A DNA stretch of 24,745 bases from a candidate division WOR-3 bacterium. Lineage in GTDB: Bacteria > Hydrothermota > Hydrothermia > JBDRYB01. The notes under the pieces were generated by a model that was not told where the DNA came from, searched no databases, and worked only from the letters and a program-made list of their open reading frames with translations. Location: assembly GCA_049969615.1 (NCBI GenBank), contig JBMFOM010000017.1, positions 1 through 24,745 on the forward strand, written 5' to 3'. A program made the position numbers and the translations under genes. Shown in pieces: positions 6,715 to 15,059 of this stretch (position 1 is the stretch's first letter; each line of letters opens with the position of its first letter).

Positions 6715-8973
6715 CTATTCTATATCAACTGGCTCCATCATGTAGTAGAAGAGCTCGTCTTCCTCTATGGTTTCAATGTATGAAACAGTTGGGCCGAGCT
6801 TTTGCTGGAACCAAGAGAGAGCCACGCCCAGGTTCCTGAGGGATGAGAGGAGCGAGCCTCCACTCGGGTGATAAAACACGACATTGGCGTCCTTGAGCTT
6901 GGCTTGCTCCTTCGCGACCGCTATCGCGTCCGTCAGGCCGCCGAGCTGGTCAACCAGGCCTATCTGCTTCGCGGTTATGCCTGACCATATCCTGCCCCTG
7001 CCTATGGCGTTGACCGAGTCCTGGGTTATCCCTCTTCCCCATGAGACCTTTCTCGTGAAATCGTCGTATCCCTCCTGGAGCATGGCCTGCACGAATTTGC
7101 GCTCCTCGTCCGTGAACTTTCTGGTCTCTTCCCAAATGAGGGTATGTTTGTGTCCCGTGGTCACCAAGGGCTTTGTCACGCCTATCTTCGCGAAGAGGTC
7201 CTTCATTACTATCTTTCCGGTAATTATACCTATGGATCCCGTTATAGTGGAAGGGGTCGCGAGGATTCTGGTGGCCGCACAGGATATGTAATATCCGCCG
7301 CTTCCGGCAACATCCCCCATTGATACTATGACCGGTTTTTCCTTCGCGGTCAGATAGACCTCCCGCCATATCAGGTCAGAGCCGAGGGCACTGCCTCCCC
7401 CTGAGTTGACCCGGAACACCACTGCCTTGACCCTTTTATCCTTTCTGGCCTTCTGCATTGCCTCCGCTACCTCCTTACCCATGCTCTTGCCGCCGATGAG
7501 GCTCACACCACCCCTTCCGGAGACGATGCTTCCCTCTGCCACTATCAGGGCGATTACCGGCTCATCCCCTCGCCATGCCCTTGGGATTTTCCTCCTGGAG
7601 AAATACCTCTCTGCCTTGACCAGTTTGACCTTTCCGCCAGCGTAGCCCTTGACCACGTCCTCCAGCTCATCCTCGTATGCTGTGGTGTCAATGAGGCCAG
7701 CGGACAACGCTTTTGGCGCGGAGAAGAACCCAACATCAACGAGCGCATCCACGCTCTCCGGGGGCATGGTCCTTCCCTCGGCCAGGTAATCAACTAGGTT
7801 GTTGTATATATCGTCCAGGATCGCGGAATACTGCTCCTTTTGTGCGGTGGACATGGTGTCAGAGGTGAGTGGTTCCGCCGCTGTCTTGTATTCCTTGATA
7901 CGTTCAAAATCCGCATAAAGCCCGAGCTTGTCAAGCGCGCCCTTCAGGTAGTAATTCCCGCCCTTGAGCCCGGGGAACACGAGTTCTCCCGACGGCGGCA
8001 TGACTATCCTGTTCCCCGCGGAAGCAAGCCAGACCTGGCCCATGCCCATGGCGTCAGCATAAAAAACCACGAACTTGCCGTTTTTCCGGGCCTTCTTGAT
8101 TATCCCTCGGAGCTCCTCAACCTGCGCCGCGCTTGGGTTCCCCTCAAGCCTAACCAACATCCCGGATATAGCCGGGTCCCGTGCGGCCGAGTCAAGCATT
8201 GAAGCGAAATTATAGAATGTCGGCTCTGAGCCTATGAATGCCCTGCCGTCCTCGGAATAGGGCCCTCGGACCGTCACATCAAGCCACTTCTTTTGTGGCA
8301 CGGAGAGCGCGGGATACGCGGTTCCGGATAGCTCAAGCTGGACCTCGTTGAACTCCGGAGAGAGTGTATCCGCGCCAAGTTCGGACGAACCATTGCCGGA
8401 GAGCCTCGTCTTGCCTAGTGACCAATCAAGGCCCAACGAGAGGATTTTATCGTCAGCATAGTATCCGTGCAATATCATGCCGGGCAGGAACTCAAGGGCC
8501 GCGCCCGCGCGCCATGCCGTGATAGAATCCTTGAAATCAACGTCGCCGAACAGGGTGAACCTATCCCAGAGTGGTCTCATTCCGATACCCCCTGAAAACG
8601 TCCTTTTGTCCCTGAACGCGTCCCTGATTACAAAGCCCCCGGATATATACCTGTGTGGCCTCAAGAGGAGGCCGTAGTCCAGGCCTCCGTTTTCCGGATG
8701 CCAGGTCGTTCCTAGCCAAAGGGTCTGGCGCCAGAGCTCCTGGCCTGCTGAGATCCGCCAGCTTGACTCGTCGCTGTTTCCGGTCCAGCTGAGGCCCATT
8801 CCCCATAGGCCCATTCCCGCGGACCAGATCGTGTCCGAGAGGTTGTAGCCCAGGATGCACTGCCAGCCGGTTTTCACGCCCAGGGCCGCGGGGTTGGCGA
8901 ACGCACCCTGGAGCCTTTCCGCTGTTGCAACGGAGTTGCTCTCGTAAAAAGAGAGTAAGAGCAAGACGATCAT
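6715..8973 (-). CDS. sppA: Signal peptide peptidase SppA (protease IV, tandem S49 domains) with an extra N-terminal beta-rich domain
   Basis: YKTAAEP (catalytic Lys), RVNSGGGS, SMGDVAGSGGYY (catalytic Ser), TITGSIG, GRIWSG, GLVDQLGG. SD AAGGAGG precedes the ATG. Confidence 0.93.
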   Translation of the reverse strand: MIVLLLLSFYESNSVATAERLQGAFANPAALGVKTGWQCILGYNLSDTIWSAGMGLWGMGLSWTGNSDESSWRISAGQELWRQTLWLGTTWHPENGGLDYGLLLRPHRYISGGFVIRDAFRDKRTFSGGIGMRPLWDRFTLFGDVDFKDSITAWRAGAALEFLPGMILHGYYADDKILSLGLDWSLGKTRLSGNGSSELGADTLSPEFNEVQLELSGTAYPALSVPQKKWLDVTVRGPYSEDGRAFIGSEPTFYNFASMLDSAARDPAISGMLVRLEGNPSAAQVEELRGIIKKARKNGKFVVFYADAMGMGQVWLASAGNRIVMPPSGELVFPGLKGGNYYLKGALDKLGLYADFERIKEYKTAAEPLTSDTMSTAQKEQYSAILDDIYNNLVDYLAEGRTMPPESVDALVDVGFFSAPKALSAGLIDTTAYEDELEDVVKGYAGGKVKLVKAERYFSRRKIPRAWRGDEPVIALIVAEGSIVSGRGGVSLIGGKSMGKEVAEAMQKARKDKRVKAVVFRVNSGGGSALGSDLIWREVYLTAKEKPVIVSMGDVAGSGGYYISCAATRILATPSTITGSIGIITGKIVMKDLFAKIGVTKPLVTTGHKHTLIWEETRKFTDEERKFVQAMLQEGYDDFTRKVSWGRGITQDSVNAIGRGRIWSGITAKQIGLVDQLGGLTDAIAVAKEQAKLKDANVVFYHPSGGSLLSSLRNLGVALSWFQQKLGPTVSYIETIEEDELFYYMMEPVDIE

Positions 8974-8996
8974 CTTAAGCCTCCTTTATTTTCAAA

Positions 8997-9026
8997 AGTA
9001 TATCGTTTTGGTTGGGGGTGCCTCAA
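8997..9026 (-). promoter_or_regulatory. Promoter of sppA
   Basis: TTGAGG-N18-TATACT followed by a short leader carrying the SD. Confidence 0.55.
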
Positions 9027-9058
9027 CAAAACGTTTGACGGATACCCGCGCGGGATCG

Positions 9059-9844
9059 TTACATTTCCCCACCCATATCCCTTGCCAGCACATAGAGGTA
9101 TAACTGCGCCCAGCCAGCGTATGGGCCGTAGTCCAAGCCGGGTTCACCGGCCTTCCTGATCCACCTGTCAACCGGGAACGCGTTGTTCACGCCATACCCA
9201 TAGAGCAGGGTGCAGTGAGCGACCTTTTTGCCCACACCAGGAAGGCACAGGAGCCTGGCCAGCCCATCTTCTGTCTCCGAATCAATCGGTTCCTTGGGGT
9301 CAAATTCTCCGGAGATGACCTTTTCGGATATTCCAACAAGATACCTTGCCCTGTAGCCGAGGCCCAGCCTCAGAAGCAATTTTTCCGAGAGCATATCCTC
9401 TGGCTCCGGGAAACGGCCGAAGGCCTCAACCATGCGTCTCAGGACGAGCCTTATGCGTTTTATGTTGTTGTTCTGGGAAATAGTGAACGAGACGAGGGTT
9501 TCCCAGGGATCCTGACACAGGACCCTCATCCCCCTGAACCTTTCTATGGCCTCCGCCAGCTTCGGATCGTCCGGAAAGCTTGCATAGACCTCATTTATGT
9601 CCACGCCAAGGTTGAAATATGTCTGGAACCACCTCTCCCCAGCGTCCGTCTCGCAGAGTATCAGCTCGCCATGTCTTTTCATCCGGGCGCGGCAGGTTGT
9701 CCCCTCCCACCGGAAGAACCCAGAAAACCACCCTTCCTCACCTGATTCCCTATCCCATCCAAAACACTGGCCAGAGAATAGGGTGTAATAGAGATTAAGA
9801 TGAGTTTCTAGGATTTTGCGCTGGAATCTTTTCAATCCTGTCAA
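9059..9844 (-). CDS. 8-oxoguanine DNA glycosylase (OGG_N plus HhH-GPD)
   Basis: TLFSGQCFGW, QDPWETLVSFTISQNNNIKRI, GLGYRA, LPGVGKKVA.C...AFPVD, GPYAGWAQLYLY. Start codon uncertain. Confidence 0.92.
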   Translation of the reverse strand: MTGLKRFQRKILETHLNLYYTLFSGQCFGWDRESGEEGWFSGFFRWEGTTCRARMKRHGELILCETDAGERWFQTYFNLGVDINEVYASFPDDPKLAEAIERFRGMRVLCQDPWETLVSFTISQNNNIKRIRLVLRRMVEAFGRFPEPEDMLSEKLLLRLGLGYRARYLVGISEKVISGEFDPKEPIDSETEDGLARLLCLPGVGKKVAHCTLLYGYGVNNAFPVDRWIRKAGEPGLDYGPYAGWAQLYLYVLARDMGGEM

Positions 9845-9890
9845 TCCTGGTTCACCATTTGTTACGCGAGCCGCACGGGAAATACGGTTT

Positions 9891-11450
9891 TTACTTTGAA
9901 TAGCTCAGACTGAAGAAGTAGAAGATTCCGGGCGACGGGTCGCTGTGAACCCTTTCGGCGAAAGGACGATACATATAATAGCCCGCGCCTATTCCCGCGG
10001 AGAGACCCTTTTTCTGATAGCTGAGCTTGTATGTCAAGGATGTCCCGTCAAGCTCAAATGTGGCACCGCCGGTACGTTCGTTATGGGTGTCCCACATTTG
10101 CCAGAACGATAGCTCGCTCTTGAATTCCCCGTGTTGCATGTCCCCGGATAGGCTGGTTTCCCACCAGAATGCCTCGCGCAGATAGCGCTGTTGAGGACTC
10201 CAGACCGTGAATATGTCTATATCAATCCAGGGCAGGAATATGTATGTTCCAGCCACTAGCCGGGTATAGAGGGAGTTTTCCTGCTGATTTGCCGGAAATT
10301 TTGGATAATATCTGGTCCGAAGACCGAAATCAAATGTCCAACCCGTAAAGTATCGCAGTAGCTCCCAGGACAGGTCATAGTTGTCAAAGTTGCCATAGCC
10401 ATCCTCTCCGCCCCTGAACATCGTGGGATAATTGGCGCCGACATCCAGGTATGTGGCCATTGTGGTGCCTATGTATTTCCCCCACCATCCGTAGAGCTGG
10501 GCCGCTGGTATATCCGTTTTTATCACCGTGTCCCTGTAGTCATATCTCTGGTAATATCTGGAGTCATATGAAACCCCTAAGCCCCAGAACGCTGGGTGCT
10601 CCTCGCCGCCGGTGCTAATCCCCATCTCCTCACCCGACCACTCATCCGATTCCTCCGCGGCTCCCAGGAGGACTGCCATCCTGTAGTAGGCTTCCCCGTA
10701 TTCAGGATCAGATGATATTATTTGCTTGTAAATCGTCTTCGCTTCAGCCTTCTCGCCAGTTTTTTCCTTGACGGTGGCCAGCTCATACATTACGTTCAGG
10801 TTATCTGGGTAATACTCCAGGAGTTTTTCCAGTTGTTCCGCGGCCTCCGGGTATCTCTCCATGTCCTCATACAGGATGGCGAGGTTCCACCTGGTGTCAT
10901 AATCATCCGGTTCTGAGGCAATAGCTTCTAAGTAGTGGTATTCCGCCATTGTATCCAAGCCCAGGTTCCTGTAAAGGAGACCCAGGTTGTAATGCGCTTT
11001 GGCGTATGTCGGTTCAAGTCTCACTGCCTCCATGTATTCGGCCCTGGCTCCCCTCAAATCCCCCATATCCCAAAGCACATTGCCCAGGTTCAGGTGCGCT
11101 CCTGGGTCAGAGGGTTCTATCTTTATGGATAACCTGTAATAATATCTCGCGGAGTCATATATCTCCCACTGCTGATAGATATATGCCGCGCTGAACGCCG
11201 CGTTCGCATTCTCCGGGTCAAGCTCAAGGGTTTTAAGGTATTCGGAGAGGGATTCCTCCAACCTCTCCATCTCATAGTACAGGTCTGCGAGGGCCTCATG
11301 CAGATAAGAAGAGTCTGGAGATTGTGCAAGCGCTTTTTTCAGTTCTCTTTCAGCGGCATCGTATTCACCCTGGTTGAAGAGTTCCATTGCTTTGTTATAG
11401 ATGTCCCTTATCTCACCCTGAAACAGGATTACCAAGAACAAACTGGTCAT
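9891..11450 (-). CDS. Tetratricopeptide-repeat protein with a C-terminal beta-barrel-like domain
   Basis: About 7-8 TPR units (e.g. AHLNLGNVLWDMG, AHYNLGLLY), then aromatic/Gly-rich amphipathic strands ending YFFSLSYSK. Start set at ATG 11450 from promoter geometry. Confidence 0.85.
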   Translation of the reverse strand: MTSLFLVILFQGEIRDIYNKAMELFNQGEYDAAERELKKALAQSPDSSYLHEALADLYYEMERLEESLSEYLKTLELDPENANAAFSAAYIYQQWEIYDSARYYYRLSIKIEPSDPGAHLNLGNVLWDMGDLRGARAEYMEAVRLEPTYAKAHYNLGLLYRNLGLDTMAEYHYLEAIASEPDDYDTRWNLAILYEDMERYPEAAEQLEKLLEYYPDNLNVMYELATVKEKTGEKAEAKTIYKQIISSDPEYGEAYYRMAVLLGAAEESDEWSGEEMGISTGGEEHPAFWGLGVSYDSRYYQRYDYRDTVIKTDIPAAQLYGWWGKYIGTTMATYLDVGANYPTMFRGGEDGYGNFDNYDLSWELLRYFTGWTFDFGLRTRYYPKFPANQQENSLYTRLVAGTYIFLPWIDIDIFTVWSPQQRYLREAFWWETSLSGDMQHGEFKSELSFWQMWDTHNERTGGATFELDGTSLTYKLSYQKKGLSAGIGAGYYMYRPFAERVHSDPSPGIFYFFSLSYSK

Positions 11451-12336
11451 GCTCAAAGGATAATGCTCCAGCTGGGTGAAGTTCAACCATTATCCCCAGT
11501 TCCATTAATCCGGCCCTGAGGTCGCCGGGTATCCTAACCATATCCTTTGAGGATGTGATTGCGATGGCGTTTAATTGCTCCGCGTCTGCCAAAATGCGCT
11601 CTATCTCACTCACGGAATATGGATGATGATCGCGGAATCCCCTGAAACCGACTATTTCCGCCCCGGCGGCTCTCAGCGCCCCAACGAAAGACCCGTTATC
11701 CCCCAGGCCGCAGAACCCAAAAACCCTCTTTCCCGTCAGGTCGGTTTCCAGCCTGTATCTCATAGCGATCGCCCTTATCCCGATGTCCGGAAGCCCCTCC
11801 GGTATTGGTGCCAGCTTGTAGTTGATTATGGCTATATCCGCCCTTTTCACTGCTGAAAGGGGTTCCCTCCACCTTCCCCAGGGCAGGAGATGAACCCCCT
11901 TTTCCAGCTCTTTCGCAGAGAACACGAGTATCTCCGTATCCTTCACTATGTTCCAGTACTGAAACCCATCATCCAGGATTAGGGCCCTTGCCCCCCCAGC
12001 AATTGCCTTTTGGCCGGACTCCACCCTGTTCCTTCCGACAAAGACCGGACAATTCGCCTTGATCCTCATCATGACCGGCTCGTCCCCAACATCACGCGGA
12101 TCAGAGTCCACAAAAACCTCCCTCGTGCCCCTGCCTCGGCCGCCGTATCCCCTTGACAGAACGGCCGCGCCCGGCATGTTCCTTGCGATATGGATGACCA
12201 ACGGCGTCTTGCCTGTCCCGCCCATAGTCAGGTTGCCAACGGATATGACCGGCACGGGAAGTTTCCTTGGACTCGCGCTCTTTCTAAGCGCTTCAAATAT
12301 TCCATAATAAATCAACCTGCCCGGCGTCCAAATCAC
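11413..12336 (-). CDS. lpxK: Tetraacyldisaccharide 4'-kinase
   Basis: VISVGNLTMGGTGKTP, LSRGYGG, GDEP, LDDGFQ, LLPWGRWREP, DHHPYS. Confidence 0.96.
   Translation of the reverse strand: MIWTPGRLIYYGIFEALRKSASPRKLPVPVISVGNLTMGGTGKTPLVIHIARNMPGAAVLSRGYGGRGRGTREVFVDSDPRDVGDEPVMMRIKANCPVFVGRNRVESGQKAIAGGARALILDDGFQYWNIVKDTEILVFSAKELEKGVHLLPWGRWREPLSAVKRADIAIINYKLAPIPEGLPDIGIRAIAMRYRLETDLTGKRVFGFCGLGDNGSFVGALRAAGAEIVGFRGFRDHHPYSVSEIERILADAEQLNAIAITSSKDMVRIPGDLRAGLMELGIMVELHPAGALSFEHDQFVLGNPVSG
11457..11486 (-). promoter_or_regulatory. Internal promoter in the lpxK 3' end for a leaderless TPR-gene mRNA
   Basis: TTGAAC-N18-TATCCT-N6-ATG(11450). Confidence 0.6.
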
Positions 12337-12342
12337 CCTGAG

Positions 12343-12396
12343 AGTTTAACCCGACCCTCAGCGCGCTTGCAAACCTCCGGCCGCACGCATTATAAT
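12343..12396. promoter_or_regulatory. Bidirectional promoter with a shared palindromic -35 (TTGCAA, 12367-12372)
   Basis: + strand: TTGCAA-N18-TATAAT (12391-12396). - strand: TTGCAA-N18-TAAACT (12348-12343)-N6-GTG of lpxK. Confidence 0.7.
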
Positions 12397-12413
12397 CTGA
12401 GCCTCGCGGCCGG

Positions 12414-12689
12414 ATGCAAGTGGAGATCTATTTTGAAGGTTTGGTTCAGGGCGTAAATTTTCGTTATTACACGCAGAAGACCGCGAGAAGCTTGGGTTTG
12501 GTTGGTTTTGTCAGGAACCTGCCGGATGGCCGTGTTCACGCGGTTGTTAGCGGCCCAGAGGAAGTTGTTCGGCGTTTCCTGGACTGGGCCCGTGTTGGCC
12601 CACCATCGGCCCGGGTTGACAGGATGGATGTCCGGGAACTGCCAGGCGAAGGGGGCGAGTTCGCGGACTTTGAGATAAGATACGGATAG
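12414..12689 (+). CDS. acyP: Acylphosphatase
   Basis: GLVQGVNFR, GFVRNLPDGRV, GPPSARV, F.IRY. Confidence 0.96.
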   Translation: MQVEIYFEGLVQGVNFRYYTQKTARSLGLVGFVRNLPDGRVHAVVSGPEEVVRRFLDWARVGPPSARVDRMDVRELPGEGGEFADFEIRYG

Positions 12690-12762
12690 CCCCCGTAGCT
12701 CAGAAGGATAGAGCGACGGTTTCCTAAACCGTAGGCCACAGGTTCGAATCCTGTCGGGGGTG
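12689..12762 (+). tRNA. tRNA-Arg (CCT)
   Basis: Acceptor stem GCCCCCG/CGGGGGT, anticodon arm ACGGT-TTCCTAA-ACCGT, T arm ACAGG-TTCGAAT-CCTGT. CCA not encoded. Confidence 0.96.
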
Positions 12763-12852
12763 CTTTGGTGGATGCGTGCCTGGCCGATGAGGCTCGGCCG
12801 CATTTTAGGAACCGTTCCGGCGATGGGGATGAACGGCGAGATTTGAAAATGA

Positions 12853-12926
12853 AGGGCTGTAGCTCAACTGGCCAGAGCACCGGATTCCAAATCCGGCGGT
12901 TGGGGGTTCAACTCCCTCCAGCCCTG
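12853..12926 (+). tRNA. tRNA-Trp (CCA)
   Basis: Acceptor stem AGGGCTG/CAGCCCT, anticodon arm CCGGA-TTCCAAA-TCCGG, T arm GGGGG-TTCAACT-CCCTC. 3' CCA not encoded. Confidence 0.96.
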
Positions 12927-12943
12927 TTTGAAGAGGAGAGCTT

Positions 12944-13093
12944 ATGAGAGTAAAAGTGGCTCTAGTTTGCCAGGAGTGCAAGCGTAAAAACTACATCGCC
13001 ACCCGAAACAAGGATAAGAAACAGAAGATGGAGCTGAAAAAGTACTGCAAGTGGGACAAGCGTCACACCCTGCACAAGGAGGTCAAGCTGTGA
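12944..13093 (+). CDS. rpmG: 50S ribosomal protein L33 (CxxC...CxxD form)
   Basis: Not in the ORF track. Reads MRVKVALVCQECKRKNYIATRNKDKKQKMELKKYCKWDKRHTLHKEVKL; SD GAGGAG. Confidence 0.97.
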   Translation: MRVKVALVCQECKRKNYIATRNKDKKQKMELKKYCKWDKRHTLHKEVKL

Positions 13094-13293
13094 AGCTTGC
13101 CAGTCTGAACCCCATGCGGGGTATTAAGTTTCTCCAGGATGTGGTTGCGGAGCTCCGGAGGATCACCTGGCCGACCAGGGACTCAATCCTGGGCGGTACA
13201 GCGGCTGTCTTTCTGGTATCCGGTTTTGTGACCCTCTATATATGGGTTCTTGACCTCATCTTTTCCCGTCTCCTTGCTTTTGTTCTCAGGTGA
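13090..13293 (+). CDS. secE: Preprotein translocase subunit SecE
   Basis: FLQDVVAELRRITWP plus a single TM helix. GTG start overlaps the rpmG stop (GTGA), with SD AAGGAGG. Confidence 0.95.
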   Translation: MKLASLNPMRGIKFLQDVVAELRRITWPTRDSILGGTAAVFLVSGFVTLYIWVLDLIFSRLLAFVLR

Positions 13294-13296
13294 GAC

Positions 13297-13875
13297 ATGC
13301 GAAAGTGGTATGCCTTCAGGACACAATCTGGCCGTGAGAACACGGTGAAGGGTCTCTTTGAGAAGCTCAGGGTAGAAAACGGCCTTGAAGATAGGATAAT
13401 CAGTATCCTAATTCCCACAGAGACCATACCAAGGGTCAAGAAGGGCAAAAGGCTCCTTGAGGAGAAGCCATTGTTCAAAGGATATGTTCTGGTTGAGATA
13501 GAACATAATTCCGAGGACGATCCGGTTGTGGGCGAGGTGCTTGAACTCCTGTCTTCAACCGGCCTAGCCAAGCCTATCCTCGCGAAGGAGAAAGACAGGC
13601 GAGAGATAAAATATACCTTCCTGACCCTCACGGACGCTGAGGTATCTAAGATCCTTGAAACGCAGGAGCGGGAAAAGGAAAAGAAGAAACAGGAGGTCCC
13701 CTTCCTGATGGGAGAGAGGGTCAAGGTAGTTGAGGGACCATTTGCCGGCATGGAGGGCGAGATAAAGGAGATATTCCCCGAAAGGGGCAAGATGAAGGTG
13801 GAGATAACCTTCTTCGGCCGTGTTACATCTGTTGTGCTTGATTTCATCCAGGTGGAAAGGGCGTCGGGGAGGTAG
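13297..13875 (+). CDS. nusG: Transcription termination/antitermination factor NusG
   Basis: KWY....[15 protein letters not shown] motif [19 protein letters not shown]. Confidence 0.96.
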   Translation: MRKWYAFRTQSGRENTVKGLFEKLRVENGLEDRIISILIPTETIPRVKKGKRLLEEKPLFKGYVLVEIEHNSEDDPVVGEVLELLSSTGLAKPILAKEKDRREIKYTFLTLTDAEVSKILETQEREKEKKKQEVPFLMGERVKVVEGPFAGMEGEIKEIFPERGKMKVEITFFGRVTSVVLDFIQVERASGR

Positions 13876-13885
13876 GGAGAGAGAT

Positions 13886-14329
13886 ATGCCACCGAAGAAA
13901 AAGAAGGAAATTGTAGCTGTTGTAAGACTACAACTGCCCGCGGGCCAGGCCACCCCAGCGCCGCCGGTGGGGCCGGCTCTCGGTCAGCATGGTGCTGATA
14001 TAGGCGGGTTCATAAGGGAGTTCAACGAGGCCACCAAGAACAAGGAACCCGGCCTCGTGATACCTGTTGTAGTGGAGATATACAAGGACAGGAGCTTCAG
14101 CTTCATCATGAAGACCCCACCGGCATCTGTTCTTCTGGCGCGCGCGGCTGGCTTGGAGAAGGGCTCTGGCGAGGCCGGGAAATCCATTGTTGCCACCATA
14201 AAACGCTCAAAGGTTGTTGAGATAGCTAGAGAAAAGATGGAGGACCTCAACGCCAATGACCTTGAGGCCGCGACGCGCATCATTGAAGGCACCGCCAGGT
14301 CAATGGGCATAAAGGTAGTGGAGGACTAG
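13886..14329 (+). CDS. rplK: 50S ribosomal protein L11
   Basis: [38 protein letters not shown] 13886 follows a GGGAG SD. Confidence 0.98.
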   Translation: MPPKKKKEIVAVVRLQLPAGQATPAPPVGPALGQHGADIGGFIREFNEATKNKEPGLVIPVVVEIYKDRSFSFIMKTPPASVLLARAAGLEKGSGEAGKSIVATIKRSKVVEIAREKMEDLNANDLEAATRIIEGTARSMGIKVVED

Positions 14330-14330
14330 A

Positions 14331-15059
14331 ATGGCAAGACGCGGTAAAAGATACATGGCGCTCCTGAAAAAATATGACCCCTCAGCCGAGTATTCGCCGG
14401 AGGAGGCTTGTCGTATAATTGCGGAGAAGCTCTCCTCAGCGAAGTTCGCGGAAACCGTCCTGGCATCCTTTAACCTTGGAATAGACCCAAAGAAATCGGA
14501 TCAATCCGTCAGGGGAACGGTCGTCATGCCTAATGGAACGGGAAAGCAGGTGCGTGTTCTCGTTCTCACCAAGGAGCCTAGCCTGGAAGCCGAGGCAAAG
14601 GAAGCAGGCGCGGACATGGTTGGTTTTGCCGATTACATAGAGAAGATAAAGGGCGGTTGGCTTGATTTTGATGTGGCAGTTGCCAGTCCAGAAGCGATGC
14701 CTGAGGTTGGCAAGCTTGGAAAGATACTTGGCGCGAGGGGGCTCATGCCCAGCCCGAAGGCCGGGACCGTCACAAAGGAGGTCGGCATAACGGTCCGGGA
14801 GCTGAAGGCCGGCCGCGTGGAATTCAAGGTTGACAAAGGCGCCAATATCCATGTTCCCATAGGCAAGACCTCGTTTGGTGCGGAAAAATTGTTTGAAAAC
14901 TTCATGGCTTTGGTTGAGGAGCTAGTGAAGGCCAAACCCCAGACCGCAAAAGGCACATACATAAAATCCGCTTATCTTTCGCCGGCCATGGGCCCGTCGG
15001 TAAGGGTATCCCTAACCGATATAGCGGAGGCTCTCAGAAAAAGAGGAGTGAAAATATGA
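14331..15059 (+). CDS. rplA: 50S ribosomal protein L1
   Basis: LGIDPKKSDQSVRG..MPNGTGK, LGARGLMPSPKAGTV, MGPSV. Confidence 0.98.
   Translation: MARRGKRYMALLKKYDPSAEYSPEEACRIIAEKLSSAKFAETVLASFNLGIDPKKSDQSVRGTVVMPNGTGKQVRVLVLTKEPSLEAEAKEAGADMVGFADYIEKIKGGWLDFDVAVASPEAMPEVGKLGKILGARGLMPSPKAGTVTKEVGITVRELKAGRVEFKVDKGANIHVPIGKTSFGAEKLFENFMALVEELVKAKPQTAKGTYIKSAYLSPAMGPSVRVSLTDIAEALRKRGVKI

Noticed and set aside
6600-6715. preQ1 riboswitch upstream of the VUT transporter
   Set aside because: No recognisable preQ1 aptamer, and the -10 sits directly before the coding frame.
12763-12852. Extra tRNA or ncRNA between tRNA-Arg and tRNA-Trp (hairpins GGCCGA/TCGGCC, CCGTTC/GAACGG), and the 60-aa ORF 12765-12947
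   Set aside because: No cloverleaf or T-loop; short GC stems are expected in tRNA spacers; the ORF overlaps tRNA-Trp.
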